A DNA stretch of 64,000 bases from Candidatus Latescibacterota bacterium (GCA_965208105.1 OZ242318.1:3136001-3200000); one strand, 5' to 3'. Shown: positions 1 through 10,836, numbered from the stretch's first letter. Program-made: numbers and translations. The notes: generated by a model from the letters alone, not told the origin.

Positions 1-1019
1 TCGCTTGGATTGCCGGTATCGATATAAAACAGTGATTCCATTACGATCCTGAGCTCGATAAACTGATCCGAGATGGTTTGGGTTGTAAATTTTGAATTAA
101 TCCACCTGAATATTACTGAGGATATATTGTCTTTGTTTTTTAAAGCGATCAGATCAATATAAATTTCTAGGGCCATTTCAAATTCTTTTTTGGTCAAGTT
201 CCGGGATTTAGGCTTTTCAGAGATTGCGTATGCTTTTTTGTATCGATAAGATTCAGATCCTTTAAGTAGAAACTCTCTTAAATACCCCAGGTCTGACCAA
301 TCCATTTTAAATCTGACGCAATGATTGTAGGATAGGGCCAAGGCGTCACCAAACACCTCAGCATCTATTTCTGGCACTACTTTCTCGCCAACCCATCGCT
401 TTTTAAAATCAACATTATTTGACAATGGACTGAAAAACACCGGCGCAGCAGTGCAATTAAATGACAACTTGGCATATCCTACTGATAAATTTTCATGTCT
501 AAACATTCTCACAGATTTGTCGTATTCAATGTTTGCCTCTAATCCTTCAATTTCTATCCCTGTTTTTAACTCTAAAATTTGTCCCGGCTCAAGGCCAATG
601 CCGGTCAACAATGCACAGTATTGGTAGTGGAATGGTTCTCCGGCAATCCAACCTTGAAAAATTCCTACTGCACGGTCAGTTCCAAGTGTTGATGCAGCCC
701 TAAGTAAACCTAAAGAAAGATTATCTATAGCATACTCGGGCATAGGTTCCATGTTTGCAAAGTAAGACAACCCAGTCTTGATTTCTCCGGTTGCAGGATC
801 AATATATGGGCTGAGAAATGTCTTTAGTTCGCTGGAAATTAAATTGAGATTTTCCTTTGTGGGAAGGGGAGCTGCTTGTCGTATTATAGAATGAGAGTCT
901 TCAGAATTTCTGTGGTAATGATCTTTTATGTCCTGCGCAGACATGGATTTACACAATGGACTTATTGAAAATTCGGTTTGGGGCAAAATTTCATTTATAA
1001 GCTTCACTAGCTTTTCCAT
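1..1019 (-). CDS. ApeA-like HEPN-domain protein (3' end runs off the window; absent from the ORF track)
   Basis: Manual translation: open frame from ATG at 1019 (GGAG RBS upstream), MEKLVKLINEILPQ...FRWINSKFTTQTISDQFIELRIVMESLFY. The RW..S...D..IELRI.MESLF pattern is typical of the start of ApeA-like HEPN domains. AT-rich. Confidence 0.65.
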   Translation of the reverse strand, partial: MEKLVKLINEILPQTEFSISPLCKSMSAQDIKDHYHRNSEDSHSIIRQAAPLPTKENLNLISSELKTFLSPYIDPATGEIKTGLSYFANMEPMPEYAIDNLSLGLLRAASTLGTDRAVGIFQGWIAGEPFHYQYCALLTGIGLEPGQILELKTGIEIEGLEANIEYDKSVRMFRHENLSVGYAKLSFNCTAAPVFFSPLSNNVDFKKRWVGEKVVPEIDAEVFGDALALSYNHCVRFKMDWSDLGYLREFLLKGSESYRYKKAYAISEKPKSRNLTKKEFEMALEIYIDLIALKNKDNISSVIFRWINSKFTTQTISDQFIELRIVMESLFYIDTGNPS

Positions 1020-1110
1020 GTTTCGCTCCAGTGTGTTGTCATTGAATTTCCGGGACATTTCCGAAAGTTGTGGATCGTGAGTTTTCGTTACTCGGGGTAG
1101 CGGCCTAAAG

Positions 1111-1248
1111 TGGAGTTGACCCGGTTTGGTGGGTACCTTATCACTTGATGAAAAGAAGCCCTCCATGCCTAAATCACGTATTCCCTATCCCCCCGAATTT
1201 CGCCAGCAGATGGTCGAGTTGGTCCACTCCAGACGCTCGCCTGGCTCC
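1111..1248 (+). mobile_element. IS3-family left-end remnant (IRL plus first codons of orfA)
   Basis: TGGAGTTGACCCGG terminus, then MPKSRIPYPPEFRQQMVELV; related copies at 4207, 14655-14755 (-) and 31476. Confidence 0.75.
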
Positions 1249-1279
1249 TTGGCATGCTGGGTCAGGGAGTATAGGAGTC

Positions 1280-2191
1280 CTATCCTCGATCCTTCTCTTC
1301 CAAACTTTGGGGCGGTGATCGTGTCAGCTCACCCACCATGAGGAGCAACGCTTCGCACATTCTCACCAGAGCCAGCGCCTCAGCACTTGTGAACACGCTG
1401 CTTCGGCCATAATCGTGGTGGTTCATACTGGCCAGTTGCATGATGGAGGATACAATTCGTCCGTACTGCTCGCCGCGTCTTTTGTCGGTACATGCCGTCA
1501 GATGGTCGGTGATCCTTCCGTACTCTTGATCCTGCAGGTTCCTATCCAAGGCCTCTACTAACAGACGGCAGATGCCGACTGCCTTAGACGGGTCGCTCGA
1601 AACAAGTGCATGGGCAGCATTGAGGTAATCTACTGCACCCTGCAGACTCCCTCCTTCCTTCAGGATCCTGCGTATCTCAATTACGTCGAAGTCCTTGTAG
1701 CCGGATGCCGACAAAAACGCGAGCCACATGTCGGTAGGCACTTCGAACCGCCACGGGCGTTGGATAATGGGTTCGAGGACTCCATTTATTAACCACGATC
1801 CGGTCAAATCCATCCAGAAGGTAGGGGGTGCGGCGCCCCGCTCGACCTCTAAGCGACTCAGGATATGGTGAGGAACATCGCAGCACATCGTGAACGTGTG
1901 CTCCAAAGGGTACGCTGCCGAACGGAGGGTCTGAAGACCCTTCGGAATGGATAGATCGCCAATCACGGGGCCGGTTTCGGATTGCCAGCGTAGTTGGCCG
2001 CCAAGGGCTGCGATACTGAACCCAACAAGACCATTCAAGGATTCCCCGGACGCGGGTATTTCCTGAATTTGACACCCTGCCGAAAGCTCAATGCGTGGCT
2101 GAAAAGCGACATCGGCTGCGATCCGGCTCACCCAGACTGTCCCCAGCCGGTAATTGAGTAGGAGCAAGTCACCCTGGCCCAGTCTGGACAT
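1280..2191 (-). CDS. Hypothetical protein with HEPN-like C-terminal helical domain (paralogue of 22214-23095)
   Basis: Start MSRLGQ fixed by alignment with the paralogue; C-terminal AVGICRLLVEAL...NHH...EALALVR pattern. Confidence 0.7.
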   Translation of the reverse strand: MSRLGQGDLLLLNYRLGTVWVSRIAADVAFQPRIELSAGCQIQEIPASGESLNGLVGFSIAALGGQLRWQSETGPVIGDLSIPKGLQTLRSAAYPLEHTFTMCCDVPHHILSRLEVERGAAPPTFWMDLTGSWLINGVLEPIIQRPWRFEVPTDMWLAFLSASGYKDFDVIEIRRILKEGGSLQGAVDYLNAAHALVSSDPSKAVGICRLLVEALDRNLQDQEYGRITDHLTACTDKRRGEQYGRIVSSIMQLASMNHHDYGRSSVFTSAEALALVRMCEALLLMVGELTRSPPQSLEEKDRG

Positions 2192-2536
2192 TACTTCGCC
2201 TTTGCCGGGAAGATGGTTTCGAACCAACTAGCATTTGCTACGATTTTGGAACCCATCCTCTGAAATCCTTCTATTTTTGATATATAAAGGATCAAGATAA
2301 AGGATCAAGGGGTTTCAGCCATGTCAAGCTCTGGAGGATGTGATGAATCGGTGGTGTGATTATCTGGCAAGACGCGAGAGCTAAAAGAAGGGCCGAGAAA
2401 ACAAGGCGAAATGGGTCCCCCACCTCACAAAAATGTCCAACGAAGGAATAATGATGTGGTTGTTGACCAGCAGCAATATAACCAATTGCTATCGTTACCA
2501 ATTGGAGGTTGAGCTGGAAATTCGAAGGAACAGAAG

Positions 2537-3959
2537 GGTAATGTCCTAGGTTTTCTGCAAAAAGCGACAGCGTGAAGTACCTTCCAAAGGAGTTTCCACA
2601 AAAACCTTTGACGCCCTCGATGGGCAGGAAGGAGATCACGCTGTCATGCGCAAAATACAACCCAGCGACCGACTTCGCAAAGAAATTCAGACCTTTTTTC
2701 AGGACATGGGATCGGCCGAGGACGGAGCGCAAGCCCTCAGCGAGCTCGTGCGTCTGGCCTCCACCCTGATGGTGCAGGAAGGCCTGGAAGCCGAGCAGGC
2801 GGATTTTGTCGGCCGCCCGCACTACCAGCGCGGTGAGGGCAACGGCTACCGCAGCGGGTATAAACCGGGGCATCTGGACACCGCCGAGGGACGGCTCCGG
2901 ATAGATCTGCCCCAGGTCCGCCAAGCCCACAAGCCCTTTCACTCGAAGCTGTTCGAGCTGCTCCAGGGCGATTCCGAAATGCTCGAGCACCTGGCCACCG
3001 AGATGTATGCCCGGGGCTTGTCGACCCGTGACATCGAGGCGGCCTTCACCGACGAGCAGGGCGTCTACCTGCTGTCACGCACCGGCGTCAGCGAGGTCAC
3101 CGAAGCGCTGTGGGAGGAATACGAGGCCTTCCAACAACGGGATCTGCGGAATATCCCCGTGTTGTATGTGTTCCTCGACGGCCTCTATGAGCCCTTGCGC
3201 CTGCATGGGATCGGGCAAGAAGCGGTGTTGTGCGCCTGGGCGAACACCACCGAGGGGGACAAGGTGTTGTTGTCGTTGGCCCTGGGCAAGAAGGAGAGCT
3301 TCGATGCCTGGCTTTCCTTCCTGCGCGACCTGGTGAGCCGAGGCCTGCCGGTGCCGTTGACTATCACCAGCGACGGCGCCCCCGGGCTATTGCGGGCCAT
3401 CGACCAGGTGTGGCCCGACAGCTGGCGCATACGCTGCTGGGTACATCGCATGCGCAACTTCCAGTCGAAGGTGCCCGATCATCTCTGGCCTGAGATCAAG
3501 GCGCATCTGACCGCCATTCGAGATGCGCCCACGCGCGAAGCGGGAGAGGCGGCCGCCGGCGATGTGTTGACCCGCTTCGGCCAGGATTGTCCGAGCCTGT
3601 GCGCCGTGCTCAGCGAGGATCTGGAGGCCCTGCTCAACCACCTGCGCGTGCCCTGGCGCCATCGAAAATACGTACGCACCACCAACCTGATTGAACGCAG
3701 TTTCGTGGAAGAGCGACGGCGTACCAAAACCATACCCCGCTTCTTCAACGAAAAGAGCTGCCTGAAGCTCGTCCACGCACCCTTGATCCGGGCGGCCGGC
3801 ACCTGGCAACGCATCGGGATCACGGCGACGGAGAGGGCCCAGCTGGATCTCTTATACCAGGAGTTGAAGATCGAACCGGCTACCGAAAGGAGGGCGGTAG
3901 CCGGATAGGAAGGGGACTTCGTGCTGCCATCACTTTTGCAGAAATCTCAGGACTTGACC
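2537..3959 (+). mobile_element. IS256-family element, complete
   Basis: Imperfect terminal IRs GGTAATGTCCTAGGTTTTCTGCAAAA / TTTTGCAGAAATCTCAGGACTTGACC around the transposase; no target duplication seen. Confidence 0.9.
2646..3908 (+). CDS. IS256-family transposase
   Basis: Motifs EMYARGLSTRDI, FLDG, SDGAPGL, RCWVH, RTTNLIER. Confidence 0.95.
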   Translation: MRKIQPSDRLRKEIQTFFQDMGSAEDGAQALSELVRLASTLMVQEGLEAEQADFVGRPHYQRGEGNGYRSGYKPGHLDTAEGRLRIDLPQVRQAHKPFHSKLFELLQGDSEMLEHLATEMYARGLSTRDIEAAFTDEQGVYLLSRTGVSEVTEALWEEYEAFQQRDLRNIPVLYVFLDGLYEPLRLHGIGQEAVLCAWANTTEGDKVLLSLALGKKESFDAWLSFLRDLVSRGLPVPLTITSDGAPGLLRAIDQVWPDSWRIRCWVHRMRNFQSKVPDHLWPEIKAHLTAIRDAPTREAGEAAAGDVLTRFGQDCPSLCAVLSEDLEALLNHLRVPWRHRKYVRTTNLIERSFVEERRRTKTIPRFFNEKSCLKLVHAPLIRAAGTWQRIGITATERAQLDLLYQELKIEPATERRAVAG

Positions 3960-4206
3960 CAATGATGGCCGCCAGCATGTAGAGCAGGGTAGCAATGTAG
4001 TCCCACAAATCCAGCATGGATACCAGACCTCCCTGTCTCCTGCCTTCCATGGTTTGCCCCCGGCTTCACTTGAGCCGGACCGTTTTGCCAACTTCGCGCC
4101 ATCCTGCTGGAAATCCTTGCCTATTTGCCCTCGGATGTAGCTGGCTCCCGTCTTTGCGGACTATCGAATCCCGGATTTTCCTGCTACAAGGTGACCCTTA
4201 GGAATC

Positions 4207-4297
4207 TGGAGTTGTCCCGGTTGGCGGGAACCTGACCGCTTGATGAAAGGAGCTCTCCTTGCCTGAGTCACGTATGGCCTATCCCGCCAAATTTCGC
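4207..4297 (+). mobile_element. Degenerate IS3-family left-end remnant
   Basis: TGGAGTTGTCCCGG...CTTGATGAAAGGAGC...TCACGTAT...AATTTCGC, similar to 1111-1205. Confidence 0.6.
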
Positions 4298-4506
4298 TCG
4301 CCATGGATTCTCGGTGATTATGATCGGGAAATCCAAGACGGAACGAGTGCCGCCGGACCGCTTGGTGGATAATGAGGTTGAACCAAATCTCCACCTGGTT
4401 GGCCTGCCCCATATGTGATGTCCGTCTCTGAGTTGGTTCCGGAAGTTTTGCGCCCCGGCCGCCCACCACGGCGTTAGGGTGGCTTGAAAGGTCGAAACGG
4501 ACCACC

Positions 4507-4689
4507 TTACCGGGGCGCTGCTTGCTTTTGAACTACTGGATGTATCTGAGCATCCTGAATGGTTCGTATTTCTTCCAGGCACTGCTTTTTTGTCGACAAC
4601 GGGTCAGACTCGAGGAAGACCTCCCCGGTCGGAGTCCTCAGCTGCCAATACCACAATATCCCGTTATTCGTGGAGATGTAGAAACGCAT
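4507..4689 (-). CDS. DUF1508/YegP-like small protein
   Basis: MRFYISTNNGILWYWQLRTPTGEVFLESDPLSTKKQCLEEIRTI fits the F.I.....W.W.L....GE....S..Y..K..C...I pattern. Confidence 0.6.
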   Translation of the reverse strand: MRFYISTNNGILWYWQLRTPTGEVFLESDPLSTKKQCLEEIRTIQDAQIHPVVQKQAAPR

Positions 4690-5590
4690 CAATCCCTGTC
4701 CTTCTTCTCGGCCTTCCGCTTTTCGTAGGACCTCCGGGCGTAAAGAAAGATGCATTGATTCTTCCTCGGAGAAGCTGTCTGGAAGTATAATAGCCGGGAC
4801 ATCGACAACAGCTTGGATGCGTTCCTATACGCTTGCTTCAAGTAAGAAGTCTCGACAGGCCCGTAGCTGTTCGAGTTGCCGTTGGTGCCTCTTTTTTGCC
4901 CGACGCCGAGAGTAGGGCTTGGCCAGCCATTTGAAGGTCTTTGTTTGGGGGAAAAGGAATCGGACGATGAGCAGAATTTTTGCTGCGGTATCCGCATCCA
5001 TAGCGAGGCTCCTCGGTCGGAAGGTGATAAAGGGTCTTGGTTCAGGGAGGCCAGCCCTGTTTCATTGACATGTCCCCAGGATTCGAGAGAAGGCAGTAAA
5101 GGTGATGGTGTCATATCCCGACATTTCCGGGGTTTCCAGGAAGGTTCGGACTTCTGTGAAGATGCTGCTCATAGGGGCAATACCCAGGGGGAACGCCTCA
5201 CATCCGGGACAGGAGATGTACCATTCGCCCAATTTTTGCTTGAAGTACAGCTTGAACTACATGGGTCGATGATGAACTTGTCTATTTCAGCGTCAAATTT
5301 TGCATCGGCCACATACCTTTCTTCCATTCGAGGACTTTCCGTGACCTTTGGGATGGGACTTGCGACCGTTGCTTCGGGCTCATGGATCAAGGCCCAGAAG
5401 CCGGTCCCGAGCAAGAATCCGATGGTAGTGAAACCTGCGCACATCATTCCTCATTGTGCCCTTTCCATGATCTACTCCTTGAGAAAAATTAATCGCCCCG
5501 GCCACATGTTTTCATCAGGATCTTTGTGACGAGGGACCACAGGTAAATCGCTCCACCGGGGCGATGAACAAGCCCTGACTTGGCAGTTTT

Positions 5591-6211
5591 CTACCTGCCA
5601 AGAAAATTCTCCTTTATCTCCCCCCAAGATAGATGGCTTACGGCGGTAGGAATCCGGGAAAAGACTACGGGTTTGCCCGCTGGAGCGGTATCCTTGCCGA
5701 GCAGGAAACCATCCATTTCAAGTTGGTTTCCGCTCACCTTGTAGGCAACGGGAGTATTGTCTATCTCCACCTCGAAGAAGTCTACATATATTTCCGTGAA
5801 TATTTGAATGAAATCTTCCCCATATCCCAGTTGATGGGCAACATCGGCAATAAATTCCCCCGCGTTTATCCCATTTAACAACACTTGATAGTCGGTAAAC
5901 TGGGTGGATATCATGCCGTTTTCAGTGGTGTAGGGGCTGGAAGAATATAATGACAGGGAGGAAATGGGCTCTACTTCGCTGACATCCACCGTGTCTCCTA
6001 TCCCCTCTACATAATTCTTCCAAACATGGGGATCGTTTACCTCAAAGACTATTTCCAGCTCCAGGCTATCGGGAGCAAAGCTGAGAGTAGCCGTAAGGCC
6101 TTCTACGTCGTGGCTCCAGTTCCAGGATCCCAACAGATTCTGGTCATTTTCCTGGGCCATGGCAGGGGAAGAGACGAGAAGAAACGGCAGAAGAGAAAAA
6201 ACCTTGAACAT
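5591..6211 (-). CDS. Secreted lipocalin-like protein with C-terminal SWGEIK motif
   Basis: AAGGAGG RBS; signal peptide MFKVFSLLPFLLVSSPAMA; LLGSW start; ends PTAVSHLSWGEIKENFLGR. Confidence 0.7.
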   Translation of the reverse strand: MFKVFSLLPFLLVSSPAMAQENDQNLLGSWNWSHDVEGLTATLSFAPDSLELEIVFEVNDPHVWKNYVEGIGDTVDVSEVEPISSLSLYSSSPYTTENGMISTQFTDYQVLLNGINAGEFIADVAHQLGYGEDFIQIFTEIYVDFFEVEIDNTPVAYKVSGNQLEMDGFLLGKDTAPAGKPVVFSRIPTAVSHLSWGEIKENFLGR

Positions 6212-6346
6212 GATACACCTCCTTAGAGGAATGGAGACATGGGAACACGAGGTAGCTTCTCCGCCCAATCCAAAGCCAAAGTCGCCTTGGAGGCCTACGC
6301 CCGGCGCGGGGCGGTATGAACGGGGTTGGCCAAGCTTCCTTTCGGG

Positions 6347-7249
6347 TCAGGGAAGGGTAAACGGATCGGCTTGGGTCGGGTCCACTCTATACCCCATATC
6401 GGCCAGGGACTGAATGGTAATCGCACTCAGGAAATAGGGATAATCGGCATCTACGTTGGAAGCCATCAACTCGTTCCCGAAGACGCTGCCGCGCCAATGG
6501 CCGTCATCTCCTCCATTAGCGACAGGAACCTTGTTCCCCTTGTAGGACTCTCCCCCTGCAGCATTGAAAGCCCCCACAGCCAGGGGACCGGAGAAATGGG
6601 TATCGGCGTCCGGGTTGCTCCTGGAGGGCTCTTTTAAAAGGTCTTCTGTCCATGCGGTACCGAATCCCAGGGCATGCCCCAGCTCGTGAAGCAAGACCAT
6701 TTCCAGGACGTTCTTGGATTCATCCAGCAGAGATTCTGCGAGTATGACAAAGCTGAGGATGGGCAATCCGTTAGCAGCCCGCCACTCGTGTACTCCTCCC
6801 CAGGCACCTCCTGTGATGCCCGGATCTGTGGTTATCATCACGGCTACATCATCAACCACGTTGTCGATTACCACGCGGCCGGAGCGGGCGGTTCCCCATT
6901 CGAAATCCCGCTCGGTGTCAAAGGGTACGGGGGAGTAATCAACATCGGGGATACCTTCAACAACAATGCTTTCCCATCGCTGGGCTGCCTTGCGCACCAG
7001 GGCCACCTGAGAGTCGTTGAGGCGATGGTCGGGAAGGAAGATCAGCTCAAGGGTGAAGCCCTCCTCCGAGGGCGTCGCTTCCTGGGAAGTCTCTTCTGTG
7101 GGCGCAGCTTCCGAGACGGGCGATCCTGTGGCCGGCTCGGATGCTTCGGTACTTTCCGGAGACCCGTCCGGAGCTGCCGGCGGGTTGCTGGATCGGTCAC
7201 ATCCCATCAACGCAAGCAAGAGGATGATCCACATCACTTTTTCTCCCAT
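6347..7249 (-). CDS. Leishmanolysin-like (M8) zinc metalloprotease lipoprotein
   Basis: Lipobox LMGC; HELGHALG zinc motif; downstream GHW...NELM (third His ligand and Met-turn). Confidence 0.85.
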   Translation of the reverse strand: MGEKVMWIILLLALMGCDRSSNPPAAPDGSPESTEASEPATGSPVSEAAPTEETSQEATPSEEGFTLELIFLPDHRLNDSQVALVRKAAQRWESIVVEGIPDVDYSPVPFDTERDFEWGTARSGRVVIDNVVDDVAVMITTDPGITGGAWGGVHEWRAANGLPILSFVILAESLLDESKNVLEMVLLHELGHALGFGTAWTEDLLKEPSRSNPDADTHFSGPLAVGAFNAAGGESYKGNKVPVANGGDDGHWRGSVFGNELMASNVDADYPYFLSAITIQSLADMGYRVDPTQADPFTLP

Positions 7250-7400
7250 GGCAGTTTGAAATCGGTTTCTGGCGCTTGGACATGTGCTTCATTTTCTTGC
7301 GGCATTCCCCGTATCACGTAACCCGGCGTCCCTTCGAACGAAATCGTTTCCCGCAAAGACAGAAGAAACCTCTCTGGGGGAGTAGGATGCGAGTGGCCAT

Positions 7401-8051
7401 TTACTGGAATTTCTTCTTGACCGCTGCCCAGGTAGAGGAGGTGACGGCGGTAGCCGTCGCCCTCTGGATGAATTCCCTCAGGGCGACGGTGCCGTCTTCC
7501 AAGGTGTCGAAAACCCACAGCCTACCGTGTTCAATGCGGTAGGTGCCTACCAGCCCGGAGTGTCCCACGAAGAAGAATGTGCGCTCGAAGTTTCCAATTA
7601 ACTCTGCGACGACTCCCTCCTCGTAGGCAGCCCAGTCCTCGGGCCAGTACCCGGTCATCTTGGCCATATGATGGGCCAGCCATTGGCCTGCTAGCGTCAG
7701 GATGGCCGCCAGGGAGTCTCGGTTCAGTGTTTCGTCTACTTCGGTGACGTCGAGAAACAAACTGTCGCCCGCCGTCCGGTAGGTTCCCGAACCCAGGACA
7801 ACGAGATCCCGGTCAATCTGGACCTCGAACTCTCCGTCACCGGCCGGCAGATCCTGGTTCGGCAGGACGATGTTCTGATGCAGCTCGAAGCGGTTGTCGG
7901 TTTTGAAGGTGAACCGAATCGTGGCCTCCATGACAGGCTCGTCCGTGAACAGATCGTCCATGGAGTAGACCGCCTCCCAAACACCGATGAGCTCCTCGTC
8001 GGCAAGTGCGAAAACAGGCGACAGGACGATTAACCATGCGAGGGGTTTCAT
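7401..8051 (-). CDS. Secreted lipocalin-like protein with C-terminal TWAAVK motif
   Basis: Signal peptide; ELIGVW, GTYRTAGDSL; ends TATAVTSSTWAAVKKKFQ. Confidence 0.7.
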   Translation of the reverse strand: MKPLAWLIVLSPVFALADEELIGVWEAVYSMDDLFTDEPVMEATIRFTFKTDNRFELHQNIVLPNQDLPAGDGEFEVQIDRDLVVLGSGTYRTAGDSLFLDVTEVDETLNRDSLAAILTLAGQWLAHHMAKMTGYWPEDWAAYEEGVVAELIGNFERTFFFVGHSGLVGTYRIEHGRLWVFDTLEDGTVALREFIQRATATAVTSSTWAAVKKKFQ

Positions 8052-8160
8052 ATTTCTGCTTTCGTTGAGTTAACGGAGAACCCGGCCAGGAGGGGGAGGG
8101 CCGCCACACGGAAGGCCGATATTATTGGGAATTATACCAAAGGTACCGATTCCTTTCCCA

Positions 8161-9948
8161 CTAATCAGCAATTGAGATAGAACCAGGCTCGACGTACATG
8201 TCCGTGAAAATGTCTTCAACGTTGGTGCCATCAAGATCAGCTCGATGCAACCCCTGGACTCTCTTTTGGCCGATGCTGGCTGGGGCGCGGCTACCCCAGT
8301 ATATCTTTTGAGTGGCCTCGTGGATGTGCAAGGCGGTGACTTCTCCGGGGACTTCAAGCAACGTCTCTGCATTTGTGCCATCTAAGTTGCAACGACGTAT
8401 CATGTCCCTCCCCGAAGATTTGTATTCGGCCCAGTATACTTTTCGACGCACGGAATCAACATCGATGTGCCAAGTCAGACCGGCCTGAGAATCATGGTCG
8501 TAATCTTGCGTGTATACGTCGCTTTTCAGCCCTGTGCCGTCGAGATTCATCGAGTGCAACAAATGGTATCTGCTTAGACTCTGGGCCTCTAAATCGTAGT
8601 CGGACCTCACGGCGAACCAATAAAGTTTCTGTCCCATCGGGTCCAAGGCAATGTCTCCGAAATGTTCATGAGTAATAGAAACATGGTTGGCATCCCCGTC
8701 CGACCCACTCGTGTCGACCTTCAGAAGGGTGTCTATTTGAGTCCCATCCAGATTTGCCTTGAGGATCAATTCTACATGTTCGTCATATATTCGGTCACTC
8801 CAATAGACCTTCCCTTCATCTACATTTAAAGCCATCCCGAAAGGCTCGGAGCAGTCGACCACCTTTTCAGAGTTGGCTCCATCCAAATCACTGCGGATGA
8901 GGGCGCTCTGACCCTCGTGATAGTCGGGGGCATCCACCCAGTAAATCTTGCCGTTCACCAAGTCCAAGTCTATCTCCCATGCGCGCGGCCATTCCAGGAT
9001 TGTAGTGACTTCTGAACCATCCAATTTGCTCCGAAAAATCCTATTCCAGCGCGTCGCAGACCAATAGATGTATCCTCCCAGGATCGAGGAACCAACGTCC
9101 TGCTGGTCGGCATGGTCCAGTTCATCATACTCATTGCCTTTTGACCCAACGGTTACGGCGTAGGTTTTGAGGACATCCCCCGAAGCATGATCCTTCAGGA
9201 TGACGGACGTGCTGCCTGTCGCACAACCGGACAGATGCAGTTTGTAGTTATTTCGACGGGCCCGGTAAGGACTATCCTCTCTCTCCGGACCGCAATACGT
9301 TCTCCCGGGTGGGATGCGGCCACCGGCAATTTCAAGGACCATATCGGTGCCTGGACCGTTGACTATGACCTTGAGCGAGTCGGCATTGGTTTGCACGGTG
9401 AATGTATGCCAGACATGGACCTCGTTGAAAATCTCAATCGTACTGGGGTCCGGCGTTAAAATCGCAGTCAACTTCATACTTATCACCGCTCCGATCCCAT
9501 AGGTGTTACTGAAATTCGGGTCGTACAAATAGGAGCCCAACAGGGTAGCATCCACAGGGTCCACCTGGCTATCCTTGTTGATGTCCAGCAGATATTCATT
9601 CAGTGCCACCGGGTATTCATCGGGCATCGTGATATACCCGTAGAGGTAGAGAAGATCTCGCACGTCAACCTGGCCATCATCGGTTATATCTCCCAGGAGA
9701 CGTTGGGGCGACAGAGTTTTGGCAGTTGGGGGAACGGGCGCAGGGCGCTCACGATCTTCCTGCTCAATATCGGGAACGAGAGACAACATCAATTCCGCCG
9801 CGGGGGGAATGGATGAAAGGTCTATGGGTACATTCGGACGCGCCGGCGCTGATGGGGCCTTGTCTCCGCAAGCTACCAGACCCAATGTGCACAGAGAAAC
9901 GAAAAGCGAAAAACGCGCAAGGGGTTGCATTCCCAAACAATACCTCAT
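8161..9948 (-). CDS. Lipoprotein with dockerin-like Ca-binding repeats, a two-Cys domain and an LDL-receptor YWTD-type beta-propeller
   Basis: Lipobox LVAC; GDITDDGQVDVRDL and DINKDSQVDPVDA; repeated KIYW/KVYW...R.NLDG units. Confidence 0.8.
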   Translation of the reverse strand: MRYCLGMQPLARFSLFVSLCTLGLVACGDKAPSAPARPNVPIDLSSIPPAAELMLSLVPDIEQEDRERPAPVPPTAKTLSPQRLLGDITDDGQVDVRDLLYLYGYITMPDEYPVALNEYLLDINKDSQVDPVDATLLGSYLYDPNFSNTYGIGAVISMKLTAILTPDPSTIEIFNEVHVWHTFTVQTNADSLKVIVNGPGTDMVLEIAGGRIPPGRTYCGPEREDSPYRARRNNYKLHLSGCATGSTSVILKDHASGDVLKTYAVTVGSKGNEYDELDHADQQDVGSSILGGYIYWSATRWNRIFRSKLDGSEVTTILEWPRAWEIDLDLVNGKIYWVDAPDYHEGQSALIRSDLDGANSEKVVDCSEPFGMALNVDEGKVYWSDRIYDEHVELILKANLDGTQIDTLLKVDTSGSDGDANHVSITHEHFGDIALDPMGQKLYWFAVRSDYDLEAQSLSRYHLLHSMNLDGTGLKSDVYTQDYDHDSQAGLTWHIDVDSVRRKVYWAEYKSSGRDMIRRCNLDGTNAETLLEVPGEVTALHIHEATQKIYWGSRAPASIGQKRVQGLHRADLDGTNVEDIFTDMYVEPGSISIAD

Positions 9949-9960
9949 TTTAACGTGCTT

Positions 9961-10836
9961 TCACCTTTCATAAATAAATTTTGCCCCGGCCGCGCTCGGT
10001 GGGGACTCCTGAATTTTTTTTGAGGCGCTTTCTGCCGCCACAACCGGCTTGGAAGCGGACTCATTGCGCCATGGCTCGATAACACGGTCATAGACCAGGG
10101 TATCGCCGTAGCTGTCCGTCATGGTGAGCACATCGCCGACCACCGCGAAAGTGAATTCCTCCTCGTTCAATTCAATGAAGAAGGTCTCCTCCTCGAATTC
10201 GGCGGCATAGTCAGCGAGGAATTGGCCGATGAATTCCTCTTCATACTTCTCGCGTTCTTCGGGAGGAATGCCCTCCTGTTCGGCGACTAAATTGGCCAGC
10301 GCAATGGCTATCTCCAGGAAGTAGTCGAAGGGGTCCGCGCCATTGATCAAAATGCTGGTGTGCTCGACGTGGGGATAGATGACGTCGCCTTCCACGCGAT
10401 ATGCTCCAGCTCCATGTGCCTGCAGAATCTCCAACACAGGAAATTCGAACTCATCGAAATCATAGAGCTCTTCCAGAGCAAGCTCCCAGAAGTTGATTTC
10501 AGAGAAATCGAAGTAGTATTGGACGCGCAAGGCGCTGTCGGCCGCGAAGGTGAAGGTTATATTGCCCGGGAATCCCGCCTCCTCAGATATGTCGACAAAC
10601 CAAGTGCCGTAGAGGGCATCAAGGCCTGCAACAGTATCGGCGGGCGCGGGAACGGTTATTCTGTGCCCGTCCAGCAACCAGGCATAGCGCCCATCGGGGG
10701 CGCTGGCAACGCGATTAGCCGATGCCGTCAGCCCGGGATTGATCTTGGCCGCGGGCTCCCGGGGAGCCGTAGGTATTTCACGATCTGCACAGGCCACCCA
10801 GCCCAGAAGCAACGTGCTCAAAAAAAGGAGTCTCAT
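9961..10836 (-). CDS. Lipocalin-like lipoprotein (paralogue of 7401-8051)
   Basis: Lipobox WVAC; LYGTW, FTFAAD, GAYRVEGDV, VVGDVLTMTD. Confidence 0.7.
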   Translation of the reverse strand: MRLLFLSTLLLGWVACADREIPTAPREPAAKINPGLTASANRVASAPDGRYAWLLDGHRITVPAPADTVAGLDALYGTWFVDISEEAGFPGNITFTFAADSALRVQYYFDFSEINFWELALEELYDFDEFEFPVLEILQAHGAGAYRVEGDVIYPHVEHTSILINGADPFDYFLEIAIALANLVAEQEGIPPEEREKYEEEFIGQFLADYAAEFEEETFFIELNEEEFTFAVVGDVLTMTDSYGDTLVYDRVIEPWRNESASKPVVAAESASKKIQESPPSAAGAKFIYER

